A DNA stretch of 57,853 nucleotides from positions 1 to 57,853 of the forward strand of contig RXIK01000114.1 of assembly GCA_004211975.1 (NCBI GenBank), in the 5' to 3' direction. The position numbers and the translations under genes were made by a program. This document shows positions 1 to 9,276 of this stretch, piece after piece. The stretch is from Methanosarcinales archaeon (GTDB lineage Archaea; Halobacteriota; Methanosarcinia; Methanosarcinales; Methanogasteraceae). The notes under the pieces were generated by a model, which searched no databases, had not been told where the DNA came from, and saw nothing but the letters and a program-made list of their open reading frames with translations. How positions within the stretch are numbered: position 1 is the stretch's first letter; every line of letters starts with the position of its first letter.

Positions 1-216
1 GGTTGTCTTGTGTAAGCACAACTGATAAAATTGAGCGCTATCGATCTGAAAAGTCATTTATATCGTTAATCTGTGAAATCAGTGTTAATCTGTGGCTAAA
101 AGTTTTATTTGCCACAGATGAACACTGATTCCGCTGATTTCGGAAGTCATATCATGCCACTGTTTGCAGGATTGGCATCATGTTGTTCAGCCGATCAGAA
201 CAAATTAAAAAGTCTC
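1..216 (+). mobile_element. MITE-like repeat, family A, copy 1 (left part cut by window edge)
   Basis: Aligns almost base-for-base with 5757-5957 and 32417-32664. Central long hairpin (gttaatctgtggc 84-96 / gccacagat 111-119, stem extendable to about 22 bp). Right terminus ttaaaaagtctc 205-216 is the inverse complement of the left terminus gagacttttta seen in the full copy. Confidence 0.75.
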
Positions 217-608
217 TGAGATGGACTGCGCCTAAATCGTTATAAACTCGAGAGAAATGGTTTGCAGGCAGGTGCTCCGGGTGGTGGCTTGTGGGGGTGA
301 TGCCTATTAGACACACCGCGGAAATTTGGGTAGTATCTGCTCCACCTGTTGGGACTGGTGGCATACAAGCAACAATAGGTGTATTTGATCTATATGTGGT
401 CTTTCAGGAAACGATGGGTAAATCATATAATTGTATGTATCCGGCAACATGCATGACTATTTGTTATGAATGCTCATGACTAAACGTCAGATGGTTAATC
501 TTATATGCTCCCGGTTACGTATGGTGTGTTGCATCTACTTATGTGCAATTTTCGTTTGGAATGTGTAGCGATAGATACCTGATAACACATATAATGGAGG
601 ATACAATC

Positions 609-1655
609 ATGAAGAACGGACTAATACTACTTGCAATGATCGTGATACTATCAGTGGTGCCGTCTGCATGCGCAGATGCGATCATAATAGATCATACGTG
701 CACGAATCTCTCAGAGGTTCCGGATGAATGGGTTGTAAAAGCAAAGGACACGTTTAACCTCTCGTATGGGCACACGTCCCATGGAAGCCAGATTGTGACC
801 GGGATTAATAACATCAAGAATTCGGCGGGTTCTCTTTACTGGTACGATCGCGATGGAACCCTTGGCGGGCTATCCCTGCATGACAGAACACCCTCTGGCG
901 ATCTTGGCAACCCGGATCGTCACACATGGGAGTCTCGAACACGGACGATGCTGGATGACCCGGACAACGATCGAAACGTTGTGATGTGGTCGTGGTGTGG
1001 TCAGGCTGCTACGTCACAGGAGAATATGCAGGTGTACATTGACCTGATGAGCGGGCTGGAGGCGGATTATCCTGATGTCTTATTCATCTACATGACCGGA
1101 CATCTGAATGGCGGTGGTGAAGATGGTGCCCTTAACCAGCGCAACAACCAGATCCGTGACCACTGCATCGCAAACAACTCAGTTCTCTTTGATTTCGCAG
1201 ACATTGAGAGCTATGACCCTGATGGCAACTACTTTCTTGACAGGGGCGCAACTGACTCCTGCAATTATGATGGTGGGAACTGGGCTGATGAATGGTGTTC
1301 CGTAAATCCCGGTGACCTGTGTGCATCCTGCTCCTGCGCTCATTCCAAGCCGCTGAACTGTAATCTTAAAGGCAGAGCCTTCTGGTGGATGATGGCACGC
1401 CTCGCGGGCTGGGACGGCAGGTCTGACAGCCAGCCAGAGCAACTGATCTGTGGTGACGTCACTGATGATGGTGCGGTTAACACCGTTGATCTCGTGCTGC
1501 TCCTGAAACACTGTGTCAGCCCTGCTGGCAACCCGATTGCTCATGAGTGCACCGGTGACATTGATGGCAACGGACACATTAGCACACTTGATGTGCTGCT
1601 GCTAATAGGGTCTATCGCTGATCCTGATGCGCATCCGCTGAGCTGTGGATGCTAA
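609..1655 (+). CDS. Secreted protein of unrecognised family with C-terminal type-I dockerin-like module
   Basis: ORF 543..1655 trimmed to ATG 609 (GGAGG at 596-600; MKNGLILLAMIVILSVVPSACADA looks like a signal peptide). The last ~65 aa carry two Ca-loop+helix segments (GDVTDDGAVNTVDLVLLL, GDIDGNGHISTLDVLLLI) and end in CGC. Confidence 0.7.
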   Translation: MKNGLILLAMIVILSVVPSACADAIIIDHTCTNLSEVPDEWVVKAKDTFNLSYGHTSHGSQIVTGINNIKNSAGSLYWYDRDGTLGGLSLHDRTPSGDLGNPDRHTWESRTRTMLDDPDNDRNVVMWSWCGQAATSQENMQVYIDLMSGLEADYPDVLFIYMTGHLNGGGEDGALNQRNNQIRDHCIANNSVLFDFADIESYDPDGNYFLDRGATDSCNYDGGNWADEWCSVNPGDLCASCSCAHSKPLNCNLKGRAFWWMMARLAGWDGRSDSQPEQLICGDVTDDGAVNTVDLVLLLKHCVSPAGNPIAHECTGDIDGNGHISTLDVLLLIGSIADPDAHPLSCGC

Positions 1656-1671
1656 AAATCGGGGGATAACA

Positions 1672-3492
1672 ATGAAACAACACCTTATAGTAGCGATGCT
1701 AATCCTCGCCGCGCTCACCTGCACCGCGGTTGCAACTGACTGGCAGGTTAATTCAGGTGACTCGATACAGGCGGCAATCAACAGTGCAACCACCGGCGAC
1801 ATGATCTATGTGCATGCCGGAACATACATCGAGAACGTGCTCGTGAACAAGACGCTAACGCTTCAGGGTGATGGTGCGGGCGTGGTGACGGTGCGGGCGG
1901 CATCGGTGGCAGAACATGTCTTTAACGTGACCGCGGATTATGTGGCTATCACGGGGTTTACTGCGACCGGGGCAACAGGCAACACAAAGGCTGGGTTTTA
2001 TCTTGGTAATGGCGTGGATCACTGCGATGTCTCTGATAACAACGCATCAAACTGTAACCGCAGCATCTATCTGAACCGCTCAAGCGACAACGTGCTCACA
2101 GGAAATATCGCAAACTCGGGTGATTACCGCGGTATCCTCCTGCTTGATTCGAACAACAACACGCTTCTGGGCAACAGCGCATCAGGCAACATTCGAGGCA
2201 TCCACCTGCATCATTCCAGCAACAACACGCTTGCAAACAACGTGATGGCTGGAAACACATACAACTTCGGTGTTCTTGGCACAACTCCCGCCCACTATGT
2301 TCATGACATAGACCCAAGCAACCTTGTGAATGGTAAGCCAATCCGGTATCTGGTGGGGCGGCAGGATCAGCAGGTTCCGGACGATGCCGGGTATGTTGGA
2401 GTCGTGAACTGTGACAACATAACGGTCAGGGACATAAGATTAACAGGGAATCTGCAGGCAGTGCTACTTGCATATTCAATTGATTCGTTGGTGGGAAATG
2501 TCACCGCATCAGATAACCACTGCGGCATCTTCCTGTACAATTCAACTAACAATGTCCTCATAGGCAACAACGTATCCGACAGTGACTATGGCATATACCT
2601 GCAGTATTCGAGCAACAACAGTGTCACCGGAAACACAGCGAACTCAAACACACTGTACAACATCAATCTGGTAGATTCTTCGAGCAACAACACGCTTACG
2701 GATAACAACGCGTCCGGTGGTGACTACTGCGGCATCGCCGTAGCTCTTTTAAGCAACAACAATACGCTTGTGAATAACACCGCAAACTCAAATGGACCTG
2801 GTGGCGTTGGCGGCATCCTCCTGTATGAGTCATGCAGCCACAATAACATTTCAGGCAACACCGCAAACTCAAACCATGGGTACAGCGGGATTCTCCTGTA
2901 TGAGTCATGCAGCCATAACACCCTCTCGGGCAACACCGTAAACTCAAACGCCGGCGCGTATGGTGGCATTGCCATATACTCATCTCCAAACGATAACGTG
3001 ATTACAGGAAACACCGTGCTCGATAACCACCCTTATGGTGTGCTGATGGTGTCTTCGAGCGGCAACCTGATCTACAACAACTACTTCGCAAACACACAAA
3101 ACGCCAGAGACGACGGTTCTAACGTCTGGAACATCACGCCGGTCACCGGACCAAACATTGTGGGCGGTTCTAAGATCGGTGGCAACTACTGGAGTGACTA
3201 TGCGGGAGCCGACGGCAACGGCGATGGGTTTGGTGATACGCCACATCCTATTGGCAGCTTGAATCATGATTACCTGCCGCTGGTCACGTCCGTGTGCGGC
3301 GACATTAATGGTGATGGCAATATCAACACGGTTGACATCTTACGCCTGCTGGAGCATGTTGTCACAGGCACGCAGGTTGACCTTTGCATCGGCGATCTCG
3401 ATGGCAACGGACACATCAACGCCCATGATGTGCAGATGCTGATGAGATATATCAATGATTCAACAGGGTATCAACTGAATTGCGGGTGCTAA
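1672..3492 (+). CDS. Secreted right-handed parallel beta-helix repeat (PbH1/NosD-like) protein with C-terminal dockerin-like module
   Basis: ORF 1645..3492 trimmed to ATG 1672 (signal peptide MKQHLIVAMLILAALTCTAVA). Many ~22-aa repeats of the type NNTLxGNxxSxNxxGIxL. C-terminus has GDINGDGNINTVDILRLL and GDLDGNGHINAHDVQMLM and ends in CGC. Confidence 0.75.
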   Translation: MKQHLIVAMLILAALTCTAVATDWQVNSGDSIQAAINSATTGDMIYVHAGTYIENVLVNKTLTLQGDGAGVVTVRAASVAEHVFNVTADYVAITGFTATGATGNTKAGFYLGNGVDHCDVSDNNASNCNRSIYLNRSSDNVLTGNIANSGDYRGILLLDSNNNTLLGNSASGNIRGIHLHHSSNNTLANNVMAGNTYNFGVLGTTPAHYVHDIDPSNLVNGKPIRYLVGRQDQQVPDDAGYVGVVNCDNITVRDIRLTGNLQAVLLAYSIDSLVGNVTASDNHCGIFLYNSTNNVLIGNNVSDSDYGIYLQYSSNNSVTGNTANSNTLYNINLVDSSSNNTLTDNNASGGDYCGIAVALLSNNNTLVNNTANSNGPGGVGGILLYESCSHNNISGNTANSNHGYSGILLYESCSHNTLSGNTVNSNAGAYGGIAIYSSPNDNVITGNTVLDNHPYGVLMVSSSGNLIYNNYFANTQNARDDGSNVWNITPVTGPNIVGGSKIGGNYWSDYAGADGNGDGFGDTPHPIGSLNHDYLPLVTSVCGDINGDGNINTVDILRLLEHVVTGTQVDLCIGDLDGNGHINAHDVQMLMRYINDSTGYQLNCGC

Positions 3493-3508
3493 AAATCGAG
3501 GAACAACC

Positions 3509-5320
3509 ATGAAACAACACCTCATAGCAACACTACTACTCCTCGCATTGCTCACCTGCGCCGCGGATGGAAGCGAAGTTGCAGCGCCGGTTCTTAAGTG
3601 GCAGCAATGTGGCTGCTACAACTCGTGGTGCGAGACCGGCTGGTATTCTTCGCCAGCGGTGGCTGATCTGGATGGTGACGGTGATATGGAGGTTGTTGCT
3701 TCGGCTTACTCGGTTGTTGCGCTTGACGGTGAGACCGGCGACCTTTTGTGGCGTGTGAAATCCGGACATGACCGGAGCGAGGATCCTGGCAGCGTTGATA
3801 ATGTCGGGCGCACGTGGCCCGGGGTTGTGATTGCTGATGTGGATGATGACGGCGAGATTGAGATTGTGACCGCACACGGTCATGGCTATGTCTCGGTCTA
3901 CAACAATGAAGGCTACTTTGAGCCGGGATGGTGCAAGAACCCGGTCACAAACGAGTTTCGCTCGCTTGCCGTATCAGATCTTGACGGTGACGGCAATATG
4001 GAGATTGCTTGTGGGCTGGCACGCGGCGATAACACGAATATCTGGGTTTTTGAGCATGACGGAAGCATCCGGCAGGGCTGGCCCCGGCTGGCAGATGATG
4101 ATGACGGCTCGGCGTGGGGCACCTACAACGACAACATCGGTACCGGTGACATCGACGGTGACGGGCTGCCCGAACTGATCGTCCCATCCGACACGATCAC
4201 GATCTGCGCTTATGAGGCAGACGGGACGCACATCGGGACCAACAATATGTACCATGACCATTCGGGTCATAACATGGATTACTGGGGCAAGGTTCCCGCA
4301 TACATCAATCTATCGTACGAGACCCGCGGGTGGGGTCCATGCTACACAGAGTTTACTGTGAGAGCAAACTTTGCAAACGGACCTGCAAACGTGGTGGATG
4401 TCAACGGAGACGGCGTAAACGAAATTGTTGTGATTGGCGACGTTCACGACTGCCACACCAGCCCATACACCGACCTTTACAACACGCCCTACATATTTAA
4501 TTCGGATCGCAGCCGGTTCAGCGCAGACGGATTTGACTGGACCACGCCCCCGATTGAGACGGGAGCGCCAATCATTCAGGATTATGGCGTGATTGAGAGC
4601 GTGCAGCCAAATCCGGTAACCGTTGATCTTGATGCCGATGGTAGGATCGAGATTCTGTATCCTTCTTATGATGGGCGGATGCATGCGTTCTGGCTGGATA
4701 AAACCGAGCATGGCAACTGGCCATATTCGGTCTATGACTTGTCAGAGGGCTTTTATCGCCTTGCAACAGAGCCGGTCGTGGCTGATCTTGACAACGACGG
4801 GAACGCAGAGGTAATCTTCGGATCCTGGGTTCAGAAAGGGACCGAACACACAGGCAAGCTCCATATTCTTGACCATGCCGGAAACGTGATTCATGAGATG
4901 GATCTGCCTCCTGCGAAGTCCGGCGACTGGAACGGTGTGCTCGCGGCTCCAACGCTCGCGAATATTGATGATGATTCCGACCTTGAACTCGTGCTGAACA
5001 CGGCTCATTCCGGTGTTGTGGCTTACGACCTACCTGGAACCGCTGGTGCTCGAGTTCTCTGGGGCACCGGGCGTGGAAGCTACTATCGAAACGGAGAGTC
5101 TCCGGTTAGTTCCACGGTTCCGCAGAAGGGCGACCTTAATTTCGATGGCAACGTCACGTCCGCAGACGTCATAATTGTGCTAATGGTCGCTGTTGGGAGT
5201 CACGAACACCTGGATGCTGCCGATCTTAATTGTGATGGACGCGTGACTGCGCTTGACGCACGGCTCTTGCTGCACCATCTCACCGATCCGGAGAAGTATG
5301 CACTTAACCGTGTGTGCTGA
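3509..5320 (+). CDS. Secreted FG-GAP/VCBS-type beta-propeller protein with C-terminal dockerin-like module
   Basis: Signal peptide MKQHLIATLLLLALLTCAADG. At least 8 motifs of the type D-[LVI]-[DN]-x-D-G-x-x-E-[IVL] (DLDGDGDMEVV, DVDDDGEIEIV, DLDGDGNMEIA, DIDGDGLPELIV, DVNGDGVNEIVV, DLDADGRIEILY, DLDNDGNAEVIF, NIDDDSDLELVL). C-terminus has GDLNFDGNVTSADVIIVL and ADLNCDGRVTALDARLLL. Confidence 0.75.
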   Translation: MKQHLIATLLLLALLTCAADGSEVAAPVLKWQQCGCYNSWCETGWYSSPAVADLDGDGDMEVVASAYSVVALDGETGDLLWRVKSGHDRSEDPGSVDNVGRTWPGVVIADVDDDGEIEIVTAHGHGYVSVYNNEGYFEPGWCKNPVTNEFRSLAVSDLDGDGNMEIACGLARGDNTNIWVFEHDGSIRQGWPRLADDDDGSAWGTYNDNIGTGDIDGDGLPELIVPSDTITICAYEADGTHIGTNNMYHDHSGHNMDYWGKVPAYINLSYETRGWGPCYTEFTVRANFANGPANVVDVNGDGVNEIVVIGDVHDCHTSPYTDLYNTPYIFNSDRSRFSADGFDWTTPPIETGAPIIQDYGVIESVQPNPVTVDLDADGRIEILYPSYDGRMHAFWLDKTEHGNWPYSVYDLSEGFYRLATEPVVADLDNDGNAEVIFGSWVQKGTEHTGKLHILDHAGNVIHEMDLPPAKSGDWNGVLAAPTLANIDDDSDLELVLNTAHSGVVAYDLPGTAGARVLWGTGRGSYYRNGESPVSSTVPQKGDLNFDGNVTSADVIIVLMVAVGSHEHLDAADLNCDGRVTALDARLLLHHLTDPEKYALNRVC

Positions 5321-5332
5321 CCACATAGTAGT

Positions 5333-5491
5333 GCAAAACAACACCTCATAGCGACAGTGCTCCGCATAGCGGTGCTCACCTGCACGATTGCAGGTGCAAC
5401 AACCCAAGATCAGGTGTTGACTGCGCAGACTGCAACGAGACGATGCGGAGTGTGCAAACTATGGTGGTGTGGTTTTAGGAGCCGCGCATAA
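5333..5491 (+). pseudogene. Decapitated remnant of a fourth signal-peptide cassette (start codon lost)
   Basis: aaacaacacctcatagc...ctcacctgcac matches the 5' ends of the genes at 1672 and 3509, but ATG is replaced by GCA. The frame reads AKQHLIATVLRIAVLTCTIAGATTQ... and stops after ~52 codons at 5489-5491. No Met-initiated ORF is listed here. Confidence 0.55.
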
Positions 5492-5518
5492 TTAAGCTGA
5501 ATAAAATCAAGAGACTTT

Positions 5519-5756
5519 GTAACTGCTCAGTTATGGTGATTAGTCGCCCGATTGCGATTCGGTACTTTCTGGTAAGAAAAAATAACCGCGTAGGGCGCAG
5601 AGGAACGAGAGAGTGTTTAACCGTTTATTTCCCCTCCGCGTCCCTCTGCGCACTCTCTAGTTAAATTCCCGGTTTGGTTATAGTATTTACTACATCCCAG
5701 ATGGTTCCTGCATAGCGAAGTCCCTTGATAGTGGTTTTAGGTACCTAAGTAGTTAC
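5519..5756 (+). mobile_element. MITE family B, copy 1 (238 bp), inserted into the left terminus of MITE A copy 2
   Basis: About 90 percent identical by eye to 14631-14867. Imperfect 12-bp terminal inverted repeats (gtaactgctcag ... ctaagtagttac). Flanked by direct 8-bp duplication gagacttt (5511-5518 and 5757-5764). Confidence 0.85.
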
Positions 5757-5957
5757 GAGACTTTTTATTATTTTCAGGTTACCCGGGGTTTGTCTTGTGT
5801 AAGCACAATTGATAAAATTGAGCGCTATCGATCTGAAAAGTTATTTATATCGTTAATCTGTGAAATCAGTGTTCATCTGTGGCTAAAAGTTTTATTTGCC
5901 ACATATTAACACTGATTACACTGATTTCGGAAGTCATATCATGCCACTGTTTGCAGG
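5757..5957 (+). mobile_element. MITE family A, copy 2 (right arm truncated; first 8 bp also present at 5511-5518 as TSD of the MITE B insertion)
   Basis: gagactttttattattttcaggttacccgggg... is colinear with copy 3 (32417-) and copy 1. Similarity ends after ...ccactgtttgcagg at about 5957. Confidence 0.8.
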
Positions 5958-6403
5958 GGTCATGGTGACTCATGGAATAATAGTATACGCATATTAGTTT
6001 GTAATATGCTTGGCAAAATAACTATCAGTAAAAATAACTTTTTCGAGAACCACCGAAATCCGATAGATTCAGACAAATTCGGTGTGTTGGACTATGGCAG
6101 CATCTCCAACCGGAACCTGATTGACCACATCAATAGGGCAGGGATTATTTTTTATGATACAAAAGGGATAAATTGTGAAAAATAAGAGACTGCCCAAAAG
6201 ATCAGAGTTTTTGCGGACCCGGGCTTCAAATTATTGGTTGCCGGGTGGAGCGCCTGAACAGCCCACCCCCTGACCGCGGCAAATTTAATACCTATCAGCA
6301 CATAGTAGATATGTGGTATGCCGGGGAAAAGGCAACGACCGGGTTTGTGATGACGTTGTAATTGTGGTTACCGATTTGCAAGCTAAAAACCAGAAGGTAA
6401 GAG

Positions 6404-7264
6404 GTGGATGAAGTGGATAACTCAAAAAACAGTATTAAAACCGGTTTTGAAGATGCAAGCACACGATTTATGCACATGTTTGGCGAAGAAGAACAGCAGG
6501 TTCAGCCAGTTGGGGTAAAACTGGTTCTGAAGGGGCAGGCAGTTCCTGAGGGCACGAAACCTCCGGTGGAATATCAGGGAGTTCCGTGGTGTGAAGCGGT
6601 GAGGCTCGCAGCGATGGATGGTGAGGTGGTGGTGATCAACAGGGATAATGTGGGATGTCCTGCGTCCGCTATCGCTCTTGGTCTTGTTGATGCGCGTGAG
6701 AGCGAGCCACTCGGTGGCACGCGCAAATACACCGACATGATGGAGACTGCGGCAGCTCCGGCAGACTTTACTGATGGGCTGGTCTATGCGTGCAGAGCAA
6801 GCGGCAACATGCAGTTCGCACTCTTTGGTGAGGGTGACACCGGGCGGTATGAGACCCATGGCGCTGCGCTTAACGCAATCTCAGGGATGGTCTCGATCCA
6901 GCCTGCGATCATGGATGCGGCTGTGGCATATCCTGCAGGAAAACTCCCGCTCGTGCCTGATCTCGTGATTCTCGGACTCCTGCCAAGGCAGGTGCTGCTT
7001 GCGATTCAGGGCTACAACTTCCTGACAGGTAATCGCTTTCGGATGGACACCATCGGGATTCGGGGTGTGTGCGCAGACCTGACAGCGCAGCCATATATGG
7101 AGCAGAGGTTAAACGGCTCGTTCTTCTGTCTCGGTGCAAGAGCAGTTGGTGGATGGGGTGGCAATATGCTGGGTCTTGGCATGCCGTTTTCGGTGTTCCG
7201 GACGATGGTTGTGGGCATGGAGCGATCGGCAGGTGGTTTTCCGTATGCTGCCTACCCTGACTGA
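6404..7264 (+). CDS. DUF169 (COG2043)-like protein, function unknown
   Basis: 286-aa ORF. PVGVKL, GCPASAIALG and FCLGARAVGGWG resemble DUF169 as I recall it. GTG start at 6404 is uncertain (the internal Met at MHMFGEE is possible). Co-oriented, 57 nt upstream of the first STAS sensor gene. Confidence 0.45.
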   Translation: MDEVDNSKNSIKTGFEDASTRFMHMFGEEEQQVQPVGVKLVLKGQAVPEGTKPPVEYQGVPWCEAVRLAAMDGEVVVINRDNVGCPASAIALGLVDARESEPLGGTRKYTDMMETAAAPADFTDGLVYACRASGNMQFALFGEGDTGRYETHGAALNAISGMVSIQPAIMDAAVAYPAGKLPLVPDLVILGLLPRQVLLAIQGYNFLTGNRFRMDTIGIRGVCADLTAQPYMEQRLNGSFFCLGARAVGGWGGNMLGLGMPFSVFRTMVVGMERSAGGFPYAAYPD

Positions 7265-7321
7265 CAGGAATAATAACAATAATAATAATTAAGGGATGTG
7301 AGGGGGATTGTGGGTAAATAG

Positions 7322-9172
7322 ATGAATAAAAAGAAAAATCCACCGTTAAAGGAACTCGTGGATCTACATGAGCTGCAATTAATCCAGGATAGCTTTGCAG
7401 AGACGGTTGGCACGTCTTCGGTCATTTTCTCGTCGGACTGCGAGCCTTTAACTGAGTTTAGCAACCCGACCGGTTTCTGTTCCCTGATCCAGTCGACTGA
7501 TGCCGGAAAACAGCGCTGTTTCCAGTCGTTTCAGGAGATGGTAGAGGGTGCGCTCGAGTCAGGAGAGCCTAAAATTATGTATTGCTTTGCGCATGGCGGT
7601 CATTTCGTTGCGCCGATTATAATTGATGGCAAGCACAAGGGAACGATGTTTGCGGGACAATTCATACCATCAGAGTTCTCAGAGGGACAACTGGATGACA
7701 TCAGACAGATAGCCGGGGACATTGGTCTGGATCCTGAACTGCTCCACGCCAAAGCAGAGCGGATGCGCGTGGTCACTGAGGATTCAGTCCGGAATTATTC
7801 AAGTCTCCTGTTCAGGATAGTCGGGGTTATTGCGAAGATGGGCTCGCAGGCAGGGGAACTGCGTCAGGCAGGGGATGCGCTGCAGAAGGCACATAACGGG
7901 CTGGAGAAACGCGTGCAAGAACGAACAGCGGAACTTGCGGAAGCAAACGCCGGACTGCAGCATGAAATTGCCGAGCGTAAGAGCGCAGAAGAATCGCTTC
8001 GTGAAGGAGAAGAGCGGTTCAGAATGATGTTTGAGAACATGAGTAACGCCGTAGCCGTCTACGAGTCAGCTAACGAAGGAAACGATTTCATCTTCAAGGA
8101 TCTCAACCGAGCAGGGGAGAAGATCGATAACCTCAAGAGAGAAGACCTGATCGGTAAAAGCGTGCTCGACGTATTCCCCGGAGTTGTGGAGTTCGGACTC
8201 TTTGATGTTTTCCGGAGGGTGTGGCAGACCGGTGAGCCGGAACACTGCCCCATCTCTCTTTACACGGATGAGAAGATTGTTGGCTGGAGAGAGAACTATG
8301 CCTATAAGCTGCCGTCCGGCGAAATCGTTGCTATTTATGATGATGTGACCGAGCAAAAGCAGATGGAAGAATCGCTTGCAGAGAGCGAAGAGAAACACCG
8401 TACACTGGTTGAGACCCTGACTGATCTTGTCTTCATAATAGACCTGGAAGGCAGGTTCACATATCTCAGCCCGATCTTCGAAGATATCACCGGTTACCCG
8501 GTCAGGGATTTCATAGGACGTTCGTTCACCGAAGTTATTGTTCCGGAATACATTGAACAAACAGTCAACCGTTTCAAACAGGGGGTTTCAGGTGAAGAGA
8601 TCCCGCTTTATGAGATAGAACTTGTACATAAGGATAAAAAAAGTGTCCCGGTAGAATTAAATGTGACTTCATTACTTAATGTGGATGGGGAGGTCGTTGG
8701 CAGGACTGGCACCGCCCGTGACATCACCGAGCGCAAAGAACTCGAGCAGCAGTTGCAGCAGGCGTTTGATAAACTGAAAGCGTCATACGAGGAGTTATCC
8801 ATCCCTGTGATTCAGGTGTGGGACGGTGTGCTCGTGCTCCCGATCATAGGCGTTCTTGACAGCGAGCGGATTAATCGGTTGATGGAGACGATGCTTGCAA
8901 AGATTGTTGAGACACAATCAGGAGTTGTGATAATCGATGTAACCGGCGTGCGTTCTGTTGATACGAATGTTGCAAACCATCTGATCAATGTCGCGAAGGC
9001 GGCAAAGCTGCTTGGCACAAGGTGCGTCGTCACAGGAATAAAGCCGGATGTGGCACACACGCTTATCGGGCTTGGCGTGGACATGTCAGGGGTTACAACG
9101 ATGCGGTCGATGCAGGAGGGGCTAAAGTATGCGCTGCAGATCGCAGGAGCCGGGGTTGGGGTTGACGCGTGA
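7322..9172 (+). CDS. Cytoplasmic sensor: PocR-like domain + coiled coil + 2 PAS + C-terminal RsbR-type STAS domain
   Basis: N-terminus (LIQDSFAETVGTSSVIF...CFAHGGHFVAPIIIDGKHKGTMFAGQF) resembles the PocR sensory domain. Two PAS-like blocks end in DVTEQK and DITERK. C-terminus ELSIPVIQVWDGVLVLPIIGVLDSERINRLMETML...VVIIDVTGVRSVDT...VTGIKPDVAHTLIGLGV is colinear with the B. subtilis RsbRA STAS domain as I remember it. Confidence 0.75.
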   Translation: MNKKKNPPLKELVDLHELQLIQDSFAETVGTSSVIFSSDCEPLTEFSNPTGFCSLIQSTDAGKQRCFQSFQEMVEGALESGEPKIMYCFAHGGHFVAPIIIDGKHKGTMFAGQFIPSEFSEGQLDDIRQIAGDIGLDPELLHAKAERMRVVTEDSVRNYSSLLFRIVGVIAKMGSQAGELRQAGDALQKAHNGLEKRVQERTAELAEANAGLQHEIAERKSAEESLREGEERFRMMFENMSNAVAVYESANEGNDFIFKDLNRAGEKIDNLKREDLIGKSVLDVFPGVVEFGLFDVFRRVWQTGEPEHCPISLYTDEKIVGWRENYAYKLPSGEIVAIYDDVTEQKQMEESLAESEEKHRTLVETLTDLVFIIDLEGRFTYLSPIFEDITGYPVRDFIGRSFTEVIVPEYIEQTVNRFKQGVSGEEIPLYEIELVHKDKKSVPVELNVTSLLNVDGEVVGRTGTARDITERKELEQQLQQAFDKLKASYEELSIPVIQVWDGVLVLPIIGVLDSERINRLMETMLAKIVETQSGVVIIDVTGVRSVDTNVANHLINVAKAAKLLGTRCVVTGIKPDVAHTLIGLGVDMSGVTTMRSMQEGLKYALQIAGAGVGVDA

Positions 9173-9276
9173 ACGAGACTGCCAGCGAACCAAAATCTCA
9201 AAATAACTCGAGAAAAGAATTTAATAGACATTGCTACGTATGATAAATTGGGTCTGCTTACAATGGGGTAATTGGC

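Noticed and set aside
152-479. Small ORFs 152..364 (-) and 291..479 (+)
   Set aside because: They overlap the MITE A copy and its flank. They have no motifs or ribosome-binding context and are likely non-coding.
5519-5756. The 238-nt repeat as a structured ncRNA or riboswitch gene
   Set aside because: Terminal inverted repeats plus perfect 8-bp target-site duplications at both copies identify it as a MITE. An RNA role for transcripts is not excluded, but it is secondary.
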